From Candidatus Dormiibacterota bacterium (GTDB lineage Bacteria; Chloroflexota; Dormibacteria; Aeolococcales; Bog-877), in NCBI GenBank assembly GCA_049279335.1, contig JBAPNX010000024.1, forward strand, positions 375,211 to 439,210: a stretch of 64,000 nt of DNA, read 5' to 3'. Below, in pieces: positions 37,433-46,501 of this stretch (positions within the stretch are counted from its first letter, which is position 1; every line of letters starts with the position of its first letter). The notes under the pieces were generated by a model. It ran no database searches and was not told the origin of the DNA. It saw only the letters and a list, made by a program, of their open reading frames with translations. A program made the position numbers and the translations under genes.

Positions 37433-38187
37433 GCCAGGACGGGTTCTCCCGGGTCGCCCTGCCGACCGTCGAGAGCCCGGAACCGGATGCGGTGAAGGGG
37501 ATGTTCGCCAGCCTGGCGCAGCGCTACGACCTGCTCAACTCTGTGCTCAGCCAGGGCCAGGACCGGCGCTGGCGCCGCCGGGCCGCCCAGCTCACCAGGG
37601 CCCAACCGGGGGACGCGGTGCTGGACGTCTGCACCGGTACGGGAGCCCTGGCAGCCCTCCTGCGCCGTCGGGTCGGCGGGAGCGGCCAGGTGGTGGGGAT
37701 CGACTTGACCGAGGCCATGTTGGAGGTGGCCAGGGCCAGGGTTCCCGAGGTCAGGTTCGTGGCGGCGGACGCCTGCGCCCTGCCCTTCCCCGATCAGTCC
37801 TTCGACGCCACCACCATGGCGTTCGGGCTGCGCAACATAGGCGACCGGCAGAAGGCGCTGGACGAGCTGGCCCGGGTCCTGCGCCCGGGAGGCCGGGCTG
37901 TGATTCTCGAGTTCAGCCAGGTCCACCCGCTGCTGCGGCCCGCCTACCACTGGTACAGCCGGCGGCTGATCCCGGTGGTCGCGAGGGCGGTCATGGGCCG
38001 GGACAGCGCCTATCGCTATCTCACCGAGTCGATCGCCGCCTTTGCGTCGCCGGAGCTAGTCGCCTCCTGGCTCAAGCAGGCTGGCTTCAGCCCGGTTCAC
38101 CACTACCGGATGACTGCTGGGGTGGTGGCCATCCACGTGGGCCGGCGCCAGGGGACGCTTCTCAGACGGGAGGCTGCAGGAGGCTGA
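37429..38187 (+). CDS. menG: Demethylmenaquinone / ubiquinone C-methyltransferase (UbiE/MenG family)
   Basis: MFASLAQRYDLLNSVLSQGQDRRWRR, SAM-binding LDVCTGTGAL, and LRPGGRAVILEFS. Proposed GTG start overlapping the MTAP stop (GTGA). ATG alternative near 37501. Confidence 0.8.
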   Translation: MSQDGFSRVALPTVESPEPDAVKGMFASLAQRYDLLNSVLSQGQDRRWRRRAAQLTRAQPGDAVLDVCTGTGALAALLRRRVGGSGQVVGIDLTEAMLEVARARVPEVRFVAADACALPFPDQSFDATTMAFGLRNIGDRQKALDELARVLRPGGRAVILEFSQVHPLLRPAYHWYSRRLIPVVARAVMGRDSAYRYLTESIAAFASPELVASWLKQAGFSPVHHYRMTAGVVAIHVGRRQGTLLRREAAGG

Positions 38188-38626
38188 GGGTCTCCGCCAC
38201 CAGCGCGGGACGCTCGGAGCCCTCCAGTTCGTAACTGATCTCGTAGGTGACCAGGAAGCCCGAAGGGGGGCGCTCACGCACCTCAAGCACCTTGGCTCGC
38301 AGCCTGACCCGGCTTCCGGCTGTCACCGGCGCGAGGAAGCGCAGTCGGTTGAGTCCGTAATTGATGCTGGTGGCGTGACGGCGAACGTGGTTGATCTGGT
38401 CCAGCAGCATCGGAGTCAGGGAGAGCGTGAGGTACCCGTGGGCGATGGTGTTGTGGAACTCGCTTTGGGCCGCCCTCTCGGGGTCGACATGGATCCACTG
38501 GTGGTCGCCGGTGACCTCGGCGAAGGCGTCGACCTTGGCCTGGTCGAGCTCCACCCATTCGCTCGGCCCCAGGGTCGAGCCGACCGCTTTTCGTAGATCA
38601 TCGATCGTCTCGGGCGGCACTGCCAT
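38162..38626 (-). CDS. MaoC-like (R)-specific enoyl-CoA hydratase / hotdog-fold dehydratase
   Basis: C-terminal 155 aa from MAVPPETIDD... with the hotdog core (FAEVTGDHQWIHVDPERAA...HGYLTLSL). The upstream part of the listed ORF is low-complexity. Confidence 0.7.
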   Translation of the reverse strand: MAVPPETIDDLRKAVGSTLGPSEWVELDQAKVDAFAEVTGDHQWIHVDPERAAQSEFHNTIAHGYLTLSLTPMLLDQINHVRRHATSINYGLNRLRFLAPVTAGSRVRLRAKVLEVRERPPSGFLVTYEISYELEGSERPALVAETLSLLQPPV

Positions 38627-38683
38627 CGCTTCTTGGGTAGGGTACAGTGAGCGCCAGGTCGGTAGTCCGGGGGGACCGGGCCG

Positions 38684-40381
38684 ATGGAATCCGGGAGCAG
38701 AGAAGTCCGCGTGATTCGCACCTTGGTGGTAGCGGGGGGCCGGCAGGCGGAGGACCTGGCTCCGTGGCTGGAATACATGGGCCGGACTGGGACCATCACC
38801 GCCCAGGTGACAGCCGACGTCTCCGCGCTTAGCCAACCCGAGGGCTATGACGTGATCGTGGCCCATCCTCCTCAGGGCGAGCTCTTCCCGGCGGCCGAGA
38901 CCGGCCTCTGCAATTTCGTGCGTCGGGGCGGGGGCTTCCTGGGTCTGCATTGCACCAACGCCACCTGGGCCTCGGCCCGCCAGTACCTAGACCTGGTCGG
39001 GGGCGGCCCGGAGGGTCGGCTGCCCAGCAGCGAGATCGTGAGCCAGGTCAGCGATGGCGGCCACGACATCACCCGCCGTCTGGCCGGCTCACTGACGCTG
39101 CACGACTCCTGCTACACCCAGCCTCAGGCGCCGCCCGATTGCCGGGTCTTGCTCGACACCACCTGGCAGGCCAAACGACTTCCAGTCGCCTACGTCAGGG
39201 AGCCGGGCGCGGGCCGTGTCTTCTACTGGGGGATGGGGGAGGCGGCGTCGACCTTCCGCGAGCCCGAAGTTCAGGAGCTTCTCTACCGGGGGCTGCGCTA
39301 CCTGGCCGGCGAGGTGGAGCGAGACTATGTGGGCCTGGGCATGCTCGGCTTCGGCGCCATCGGCGGCGACCACGTCGCCTCCATTGCGGCTGTGGCGGGG
39401 CTGAGCCTGCGGGCGGTGGCCGACCCCAACCCCACCCGGGTCGAGGCGGCCAGTCAGCTGGTCCCAGACGTGGCCGTCGCCTCCAGCCTGGCTGACCTGG
39501 TGAAGACGCCCGGTGTCGAGGTCGTGATCATCTCCACTCCCCCCAACACCCACGCCGCTCTGGCCGAGCAGGCGCTTCAAGCCGGCAAGCACGTGGTGCT
39601 GGAGAAGCCCTTCTGCCTCACCCTCGCCGACGCGGACCGGCTGGTGGACTTGGCCAAGGAGACCGACAGGACCCTCACCGTCTACCAGAACCGCCGCTGG
39701 GACCCTGACTTCCTGGCGCTGAGGGCGGCAATTGAGCGGGGTGACCTGGGCTCGATCTTTCACCTGGAAGCCTTCGTCGGCGGCTACGACCATCCCTGCC
39801 ACTACTGGCACTCGCATTCGCCGGTCAGCGGCGGGGTGATCTTCGACTGGGGGGCTCACTACCTGGACTGGATCCTGCAGCTGATCCCGGGACCGGTGGT
39901 TCAGATCGCGGCCCGCAACCAGAAGCTGGTCTGGCAGGACGTCACCAACGACGACCACTTCGAGGTCCGGATGACCTTTGCCAATGGGGCCGAGGCTACC
40001 TTTATCCACTCCGACATCGCCGCCGCTCGCAAGCCCAAGTGGTATGTGCTGGGCACGCGGGGGGCTGCGGTAGGCCATTGGCGCGAGGGCAGGCTGACCA
40101 GCCGCGGGCCGAGTGGGCAGCTGGTGGAGGAGCTGCTTTCGGTAACCGATCTACCCTGCGAGCTCCACATCCTCACCCCCAGCGGCTCCGGGGAGAGCCA
40201 CGACCAGCTGCTCTCGCTGCCGCCCGCGCCGCCCCAGGCCTTCTACCGGAATTTGGCCGGCCATCTCCTGGCCGGGGAGCCGCTGGCGGTGACCCCGGAG
40301 TCGGCGCGTCGCAACGTCGCACTGATGGAGGCCGCGCTGCGTGCGGCCGAGCTGGGGCAGCCGCTCAACCAGCGAGTGTGA
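38684..40381 (+). CDS. Fusion protein: ThuA-like (class I glutamine amidotransferase-like) N-domain plus Gfo/Idh/MocA oxidoreductase (ThuB-like) C-domain
   Basis: Residues about 1-215 resemble ThuA (VVAGGRQ...FVRRGGGFLGLHC...). Residues about 225-565 are a Gfo/Idh/MocA Rossmann plus C-terminal domain (LGMLGFGAIGGDHVAS..., EKPFCLT..., dimerisation region). Confidence 0.7.
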   Translation: MESGSREVRVIRTLVVAGGRQAEDLAPWLEYMGRTGTITAQVTADVSALSQPEGYDVIVAHPPQGELFPAAETGLCNFVRRGGGFLGLHCTNATWASARQYLDLVGGGPEGRLPSSEIVSQVSDGGHDITRRLAGSLTLHDSCYTQPQAPPDCRVLLDTTWQAKRLPVAYVREPGAGRVFYWGMGEAASTFREPEVQELLYRGLRYLAGEVERDYVGLGMLGFGAIGGDHVASIAAVAGLSLRAVADPNPTRVEAASQLVPDVAVASSLADLVKTPGVEVVIISTPPNTHAALAEQALQAGKHVVLEKPFCLTLADADRLVDLAKETDRTLTVYQNRRWDPDFLALRAAIERGDLGSIFHLEAFVGGYDHPCHYWHSHSPVSGGVIFDWGAHYLDWILQLIPGPVVQIAARNQKLVWQDVTNDDHFEVRMTFANGAEATFIHSDIAAARKPKWYVLGTRGAAVGHWREGRLTSRGPSGQLVEELLSVTDLPCELHILTPSGSGESHDQLLSLPPAPPQAFYRNLAGHLLAGEPLAVTPESARRNVALMEAALRAAELGQPLNQRV

Positions 40382-41397
40382 TCGCAGCGCCGCTCCGGTG
40401 GGGGGTGCTGGGCGCGGCTGACATCGCCAACAAGGCGGTCATCCCCGCGATTCTCGCGGCCGGTGGGCAGATGGTGGCGCTGGCCAGCAGAGACCTCGAG
40501 CGGGGCGGGGAGATAGCCGCCAAGTTCGCCATCCCCCAGCTTTGCCCAAGCTATGAGGCGCTGCTGGAGGCCGACCTGGACGCGGTCTACATCCCGCTTC
40601 CCAACTCGCTCCACCGGCCCTGGACCCTGCGGGCGGTGGCTGCCGGCAAGCACGTCCTCTGCGAGAAGCCGATGGCCCTCACCGCGGCGGAGGCTAGGGA
40701 GATGGGGGAGGCTGCTGCCGACCACGGCGTGGTGCTGGCGGAGGCGGTCATGTATCGCTATCACCCACGCTGGCACGTGATACGGGAACTCGTCGGCCAG
40801 GGAAGCCTAGGCGGCCTGCGCCACATCCAGGGAGCCTTCACCTTTCCTTTGCGGCAAGAGTCGGATATCCGCTGGGACCCCGCCCTGGGAGGCGGCGCGC
40901 TCTACGACGTCGGGTCTTATCTGGTCAATGCCAGCCGTTGGCTGGTAGGCGAGCCGACCAGGGTGCTGACGCGAGCCCAGCTAAGGCATGGTGTTGTCAG
41001 CGATGGCTCCATGCTGCTGGAGTTCAAGACCCCTCAAGGCGCTGTCTCGGCTGAGCTCGCCTACAGCTTCGAGTCCGCCGAGCACCAGCGTCTGGAGTTG
41101 ATCGGAACCGAGGCCTCCCTGACCATCCCCAAACCCTTCACCGCCTGGCATGAGGAGGCGATCCCGCTCTGGCTTAGCCCGGCGCCTGGGGGCACATCTC
41201 GACGCGTCCCCACCCCCGCGGCGGATCCCTACCGGGAGATGGTTTCGGCATTCACGGTCCGGGTTGGTGGGGGAGCGCTGCTGCCAACCGAGGCGGATGA
41301 CGCGGAGCTGGGCCTGCGGGTTCTCGACGCTGGTCACCGTAGCCACGTCAGTGGCAAGTGGGAGACCCCCTGGGCAGCGGCTAGCCCTATCCCCTGA
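40378..41397 (+). CDS. Gfo/Idh/MocA family oxidoreductase
   Basis: LRWGVLGAADIANKAVIPAI (Rossmann), EKPMALT, and the conserved C-terminal alpha/beta domain. GTG start overlapping the upstream stop (GTGA). Confidence 0.8.
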   Translation: MIAAPLRWGVLGAADIANKAVIPAILAAGGQMVALASRDLERGGEIAAKFAIPQLCPSYEALLEADLDAVYIPLPNSLHRPWTLRAVAAGKHVLCEKPMALTAAEAREMGEAAADHGVVLAEAVMYRYHPRWHVIRELVGQGSLGGLRHIQGAFTFPLRQESDIRWDPALGGGALYDVGSYLVNASRWLVGEPTRVLTRAQLRHGVVSDGSMLLEFKTPQGAVSAELAYSFESAEHQRLELIGTEASLTIPKPFTAWHEEAIPLWLSPAPGGTSRRVPTPAADPYREMVSAFTVRVGGGALLPTEADDAELGLRVLDAGHRSHVSGKWETPWAAASPIP

Positions 41398-42781
41398 TCT
41401 CGATCGCGCAGCTGGGAGCTGAGAGCTTCAGGTCCAGGAGACCGGTGGTGGATCTGTAGGGTGCGGCCATCTGGGCACATTGACTAAGGATGGTCGGCAT
41501 GCCCACCGAGGAAGGCCAGGAGACCAGCATCCGGCTGCCCACCGGCGCGGCCTGGACATCGGCCGAAAGGGTCGAGGAAGCCACCTGATAGTCGAGGTGA
41601 CTCAGTTTCCCGGGTGCCGCGCGCACGAAGGGCTGGGCGAGGACGTCGAGCCAAGCATGGTCGACTGGCCCGCTGCCGCGCTCGACCCCCCAGTTGTCCG
41701 GATCATTCCACTCCCACCAGGCCCAGCCGGTGAGGAATCGATTGGAGAGGGAGATCTCGGCGCGGGCCCAGGAGGCGGCGATGGGCCGGGTGTGGTCGAT
41801 GCCGAGCTCGCCTGACCAGTACGCGGCGGGGAGCTGACCCGCCTCGGCCAGCCCTTGCTCGAGCTCGGACTCAAGCGGTTGCAGGTTGCCGTTGAACGGG
41901 GGCCCGAGGATGCTGCCGCTGTAGAGATGAGTGGAGTAGACGAGGTTCGGTGCCGCGAGCGGGCGGATGGCGGTGGGCAGGTCGGCGAAGAGGTCTCCCT
42001 CGACGATGAAGAGGTGGTTGGGATCAACTTTGGCCAGGGCGCTGATGCCGGCGGCGTAGAAGGGCCAGAGGATGTGGGTCTCAAAGATGGCCGGGGGGAC
42101 CGGGAAGGGATGGGGCTCGTTGTAGAGGTCGTAGCCAGCGACCGCGGAGTCGCCTCGAAAATCCGCCGCGACCTTGGCCCAAGCCTGCCAGTAGAGGCGC
42201 TGCCAGTTGGGATAGAGCCAGAAGTAGGCGAGCGCGGCGTTCACGGCGGGGGAGAGATGGCGTTGCCAGGCCGCGGTCAAGAAGGGTAGGTGCAGGTCGG
42301 GCACCCCTGGGATCGATAGCCAGGCGGGGGCGCCGCTGCCGCCGAAGCCGACTCCGAAGTCCTCGGTGTGCATGTCCAGTACCACGTAAAGGTGGTGGCT
42401 GGCGCAGCGGGCGACCACGGCTCTGATCCGGCGCAGGTAGCTCTGGCTGAACTGTCCCCGATGGGGCTCGAGCAGAGACCACGAGATCGGCAGCCGAACC
42501 ACGTCGAAGCCCTCCGACTCCATCAGAGATGCGTCTGCCGGAGTCATGGGAGGAGCGGCTGCCTGTCCTCCGATCTGGAGAAGGGTGTCGTCGTTGAAGC
42601 CGCGGAGGATGACCGTCCGGCCCTGGCTGTCGACGATCCGGCCCTGGCTGACGGAAAGCCAGGGCAGTGGGCCGGCGGCGGGCCGGGCCGTCTCGAATGT
42701 CACCGACAGGGCGGGCACCGGCAGGTAGACAACCGCGGCCAGCGCCAGCACCAGCCCAATCGCGCTGGGGAGTGACGACAT
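41387..42781 (-). CDS. Glycoside hydrolase family 5 (cellulase superfamily) secreted/anchored protein
   Basis: N-terminal hydrophobic anchor or signal. GH5 motifs including the NEP acid/base catalytic motif (LYNEPH) and a later catalytic Glu region (GELG). About 465 aa. Confidence 0.6.
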   Translation of the reverse strand: MSSLPSAIGLVLALAAVVYLPVPALSVTFETARPAAGPLPWLSVSQGRIVDSQGRTVILRGFNDDTLLQIGGQAAAPPMTPADASLMESEGFDVVRLPISWSLLEPHRGQFSQSYLRRIRAVVARCASHHLYVVLDMHTEDFGVGFGGSGAPAWLSIPGVPDLHLPFLTAAWQRHLSPAVNAALAYFWLYPNWQRLYWQAWAKVAADFRGDSAVAGYDLYNEPHPFPVPPAIFETHILWPFYAAGISALAKVDPNHLFIVEGDLFADLPTAIRPLAAPNLVYSTHLYSGSILGPPFNGNLQPLESELEQGLAEAGQLPAAYWSGELGIDHTRPIAASWARAEISLSNRFLTGWAWWEWNDPDNWGVERGSGPVDHAWLDVLAQPFVRAAPGKLSHLDYQVASSTLSADVQAAPVGSRMLVSWPSSVGMPTILSQCAQMAAPYRSTTGLLDLKLSAPSCAIEIRG

Positions 42782-42896
42782 CCCGCCCGCGCGCTGGTTG
42801 CGGGCGGACCTCAACGCTAGGCGCAGCACCTGGGGATTGTGTCGCACCGGGGGCGGCCTGCCTGGAGACCGCGGTCAGATGCGAAGAGGGGAAAGG

Positions 42897-43415
42897 CTAC
42901 TCGTTGCCGACCTTGGAGTTGGGAGTGGAACTGCCGAAGTTGATGAAGCCTTCGATTACTGCGCCGGTTTGGGCGTCCACCAGGACCGTGTCCAAGCGGA
43001 TGGCTCCTGGGGCCGGAGGATTGATCTCCTCCGCGGCGGCGGGGTTCAGGAAAACCACCCAGCAGAGCCTGCCTGGAGGTGAGATAGCCGAGCCCGGCGA
43101 CCCAACCGCGACTGCCAGCAGCACCTGGTCGACAAGGGCCCCGGACCGGCCCGCCGTGGCCGCGGACTCGGCCCGAGCCGCGCTGATGTCGGCCGGTCGG
43201 GTAGGCGTCTGCAGGGTGACCCCGCTCTGCTCCAGCAGGGTCTGGGTGCTGGGCAGGATGCCTAGGCCGTTGGCACTCTCCGGCGCGTGGGTGGCGGTCA
43301 AACTCAAGGCCGCCATCACACCCACTACCAGGGCGACGGCTATCGCTCGCAAGCGCCACCAGGCGCGTGGGCGGGGACCCGGATTGGTCCAGTGCACGCT
43401 GGAATCATCGGACAC
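42897..43415 (-). CDS. Hypothetical membrane-anchored protein
   Basis: Single N-terminal TM helix (LRAIAVALVVGVMAALSL) followed by an extracytoplasmic domain. No recognisable motif. Confidence 0.35.
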   Translation of the reverse strand: MSDDSSVHWTNPGPRPRAWWRLRAIAVALVVGVMAALSLTATHAPESANGLGILPSTQTLLEQSGVTLQTPTRPADISAARAESAATAGRSGALVDQVLLAVAVGSPGSAISPPGRLCWVVFLNPAAAEEINPPAPGAIRLDTVLVDAQTGAVIEGFINFGSSTPNSKVGNE

Positions 43416-43539
43416 GAGAGATCTATGGTGGAATCGGGAGATGGCGCCGGGTTTGGCCGGCGCCCGGCTGCGGTAGGGTAGCTCTAGCGGTGCCTCGACG
43501 TGGCATCAGGCTGCAGTGCAACGGAGGTTCGGAGACGTA

Positions 43540-45465
43540 ATGGCCAAGACCGTCGGAATCGACCTGGGAACGACCAACTCCGTGGTCGCCGTCATGGAGG
43601 GCGGCGAGCCCGTTGTCATACCCAACGCTGAGGGCGGTCGCACGACCCCGTCGGTGGTGGCCTTTACCAAAGGTGGGGAGCGGCTGGTCGGGCAGTTGGC
43701 CCGGCGGCAGGCTGCTGTCAACCCCGAGAACACCGTCTACTCGATCAAGCGATTCATGGGTCGCCTCTATAACGAGGTGGCGAGCGAGCGCAAAATCGTC
43801 CCCTACAAGGTGGTGGCCGGCAAGGATGGTCGCGCTGAGGTGGACATCGCCGCCACCAAGTACACCCCCGAGCAGATCTCGGCCATGATCCTGCAGAAGC
43901 TCAAGGTCGACGCTGAGGCCTACCTGGGGGAGAAGGTCACCGACGCGGTGATCACTGTGCCTGCCTATTTCAACGACGCCCAGCGGCAGGCCACCAAGAA
44001 CGCCGGCCAGATCGCCGGGCTAAACGTGCTCCGGATCATCAACGAGCCCACCGCTGCATCTCTGGCGTACGGGCTGGACCGCAAGGAGTCCGAGAAGATC
44101 CTTGTCTTCGACCTCGGCGGAGGCACCTTCGACGTCTCCATCCTCGAGGTCGGCGAGGGGGTATTCGAGGTCAAGTCGACCAACGGCGACACCCACCTGG
44201 GTGGAGACGACTACGACCGTCGCATCGTTGACTGGCTGGCCGAGGAGTTCAAGAAGGAGCAGGGCATCGACCTGAAGACGGATCGTCAGGCCCTGCAGCG
44301 CCTGACCGAGGCCGCCGAGAAGGCCAAGATCGAGCTCTCTCAGCTTCAGGAAACCCAGATCAACCTGCCCTTCGTCACCGCCGATCAGAACGGTCCCAAG
44401 CACCTTGACACTCGGCTGTCGCGGGCCAAATTCGAGCAGTTGACGGCTGATCTCACCGACCGCTGCAAGGCGCCCTTCGAGAACGCTCTCAAGGACGCTG
44501 GCATGAAGACCGGTGACCTGGACGAGGTCATCCTGGTTGGAGGCTCCACCCGGATGCCGGTGATCCAGGAGTTGGTTCAGAAGCTCAGCGGCAAGGAGCC
44601 CCACCGGGGGGTCAACCCCGACGAGGTCGTCGCCGTAGGCGCCGCCATCCAGGCCGGCGTGCTCAAGGGTGAAGTCAAGGACGTGCTCCTGCTGGACGTG
44701 ACCCCGCTGTCCTTGGGCATCATGACCGAGGGGGAGGTCAACACTCGGCTGATCGAGCGCAACACCACCATTCCCAGCAGCAAGACCCAGGTCTTCTCCA
44801 CCGCCGCCGACAACCAGTCCTCGGTGGAGATCGTGGTCCTCCAGGGCGAGCGACCCCTGGCCAAGGACAACCGGACGCTGGGGCGCTTCATGCTGGACGG
44901 GATTCCCCCGGCCCCGCGCGGCGTGCCCCAGGTCGAGGTGACCTTCGACATTGACGCCAACGGCATCCTCAACGTGACCGCCAAGGACCTGGGCACCGGA
45001 CGCGAGCAGAAGGTCACCATCACCGGGTCCACCACGCTCCAGAAGGAGGAGGTGGAGAGGATGGTCAAGGAGGCGGAAGCCCACGCCGACGAGGACCGCC
45101 AGCGAGCCGAGGACATCTCCCGGCGCAACCAGGCCGACACCCTGGTCTACAGCGCCGAGAAGACGCTGCGTGAGCACGGCGACAAGATCTCGGACGAGCT
45201 CCGAGAGGAGATCACCCAGAAGACCGACGCCCTGAAGGAGGCGGTGGCCGCCCAGAACTCCCAGGACATAGAGAGCCGGCAGAAGGAGCTCTCCGATGCG
45301 CTCCAGAAGGTGGGCGAGGCCATCTACCAGCAGGCCAACCCATCGACACCTGGTTCCGACGGTGAGCACGGTGGGGGAGAGGACATTCCCCCAGCCGCAG
45401 GAGCGCCGGATGCCGCCGCGGGCAGCGACGGCGATGTCGTCGACGCCGAGTTCAAGGAAGTGTGA
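43540..45465 (+). CDS. dnaK: Molecular chaperone DnaK (Hsp70)
   Basis: [18 protein letters not shown]..., [22 protein letters not shown]. Full-length Hsp70. RBS GGAGG upstream of ATG. Confidence 0.95.
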   Translation: MAKTVGIDLGTTNSVVAVMEGGEPVVIPNAEGGRTTPSVVAFTKGGERLVGQLARRQAAVNPENTVYSIKRFMGRLYNEVASERKIVPYKVVAGKDGRAEVDIAATKYTPEQISAMILQKLKVDAEAYLGEKVTDAVITVPAYFNDAQRQATKNAGQIAGLNVLRIINEPTAASLAYGLDRKESEKILVFDLGGGTFDVSILEVGEGVFEVKSTNGDTHLGGDDYDRRIVDWLAEEFKKEQGIDLKTDRQALQRLTEAAEKAKIELSQLQETQINLPFVTADQNGPKHLDTRLSRAKFEQLTADLTDRCKAPFENALKDAGMKTGDLDEVILVGGSTRMPVIQELVQKLSGKEPHRGVNPDEVVAVGAAIQAGVLKGEVKDVLLLDVTPLSLGIMTEGEVNTRLIERNTTIPSSKTQVFSTAADNQSSVEIVVLQGERPLAKDNRTLGRFMLDGIPPAPRGVPQVEVTFDIDANGILNVTAKDLGTGREQKVTITGSTTLQKEEVERMVKEAEAHADEDRQRAEDISRRNQADTLVYSAEKTLREHGDKISDELREEITQKTDALKEAVAAQNSQDIESRQKELSDALQKVGEAIYQQANPSTPGSDGEHGGGEDIPPAAGAPDAAAGSDGDVVDAEFKEV

Positions 45466-46424
45466 ATCGACCCAAGCTTGATCTCGCGATCGGGCTTGGG
45501 CTCACGGTCTGCGGATACGCCGCCCTAGTGGGTTGGGCTAGGCGGGCCGCCGTTTCCGACCCGCCGATGGCGGAAATGGAGTCGGCGCTGAACCGACGCC
45601 TCGACCAGGCAGGGCTGGCCGCAAGCCACCGCTACGTTCACACCCCGGCTGGGCGGGTCCACCTGTTGGTCGGGGGCACGGGCGAGAGCACGCTGCTCTT
45701 CGTTCCGGGGCTGGGCGCCTCGGCAGGAGACTTCCCCGAGCTGCTGGCCCAGCTGGCCCGCCGCCACCGGGTGGTGGCGGTCGACCTTCCCGGCAGCGGG
45801 CTCAGCGATCCGGTCGCCTTCAAGGGGCATCCGGGTCGAGCTTGGAACCAAGTGATCTCTGCCGTGACCGAGCAGCTGGGCATCGGTGAGTTCGACCTGG
45901 TGGGCCACTCGCTGGGCGGCCTGGCGGTGGGAGGATTCGCCATCAGCCACCCGGAGAGGCCGAGACGGCTGGTTCTGCTCAGCCCCTTCGGACTCAGTCG
46001 TCGCATCCCACTCCACTGGAACCTGGCCCTGGTGCCGGGATCCATGGATCTGCTGGCTTTCTCGAGAAGGCTGGCCTTGGCGCGCAGCGCCGGAAGTGAG
46101 TCCGCCAGGGGCGACGATCGCTACTTAGAGCTGGTGGGAACCAGATTCGGGTCCGGTTCCGACTTCAACTTGGTGGCCCGCATGTTGCGGCTGCTGCGTC
46201 TTCGGGCCGAGTCGGAGCTGGCTCCCGCCCTCGGGCTCCTCTCGGGCCGCGCGCTCGTGATCTGGGGCAGCGAGGACGGCCAGCTCCCGCTCCCAGACGC
46301 GGCCCGCCAACTCAGCTACTACCCGGGCATCCAGCTGGAGATCTTGCCGGGCGCCGGTCACCTATTTCCCGCTACCCAACCCGAGTCAACTGCCCGCCTG
46401 ATCACGGCCTTCCTCGCCGGCTGA
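45462..46424 (+). CDS. Alpha/beta-fold hydrolase
   Basis: GHSLGG nucleophile elbow and HG oxyanion motif (LLFVPGLG). GTG start overlaps the dnaK stop (GTGA). Confidence 0.75.
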   Translation: MNRPKLDLAIGLGLTVCGYAALVGWARRAAVSDPPMAEMESALNRRLDQAGLAASHRYVHTPAGRVHLLVGGTGESTLLFVPGLGASAGDFPELLAQLARRHRVVAVDLPGSGLSDPVAFKGHPGRAWNQVISAVTEQLGIGEFDLVGHSLGGLAVGGFAISHPERPRRLVLLSPFGLSRRIPLHWNLALVPGSMDLLAFSRRLALARSAGSESARGDDRYLELVGTRFGSGSDFNLVARMLRLLRLRAESELAPALGLLSGRALVIWGSEDGQLPLPDAARQLSYYPGIQLEILPGAGHLFPATQPESTARLITAFLAG

Positions 46425-46501
46425 GGCTCGACTTCACTGTTTCCCCGCTACCACGCGCGGGTAAAAACACTGCATGGGAAAAATGGATCGGGGGGTGGCG
46501 G

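Noticed and set aside
43415-43540. Searched for HAIR (HspR) or CIRCE (HrcA) operators upstream of dnaK and clpB
   Set aside because: No CTTGAGT-N7-ACTCAAG or TTAGCACTC-N9-GAGTGCTAA-like sequence is present. Only a generic GC palindrome was found, reported as a finding rather than a feature.
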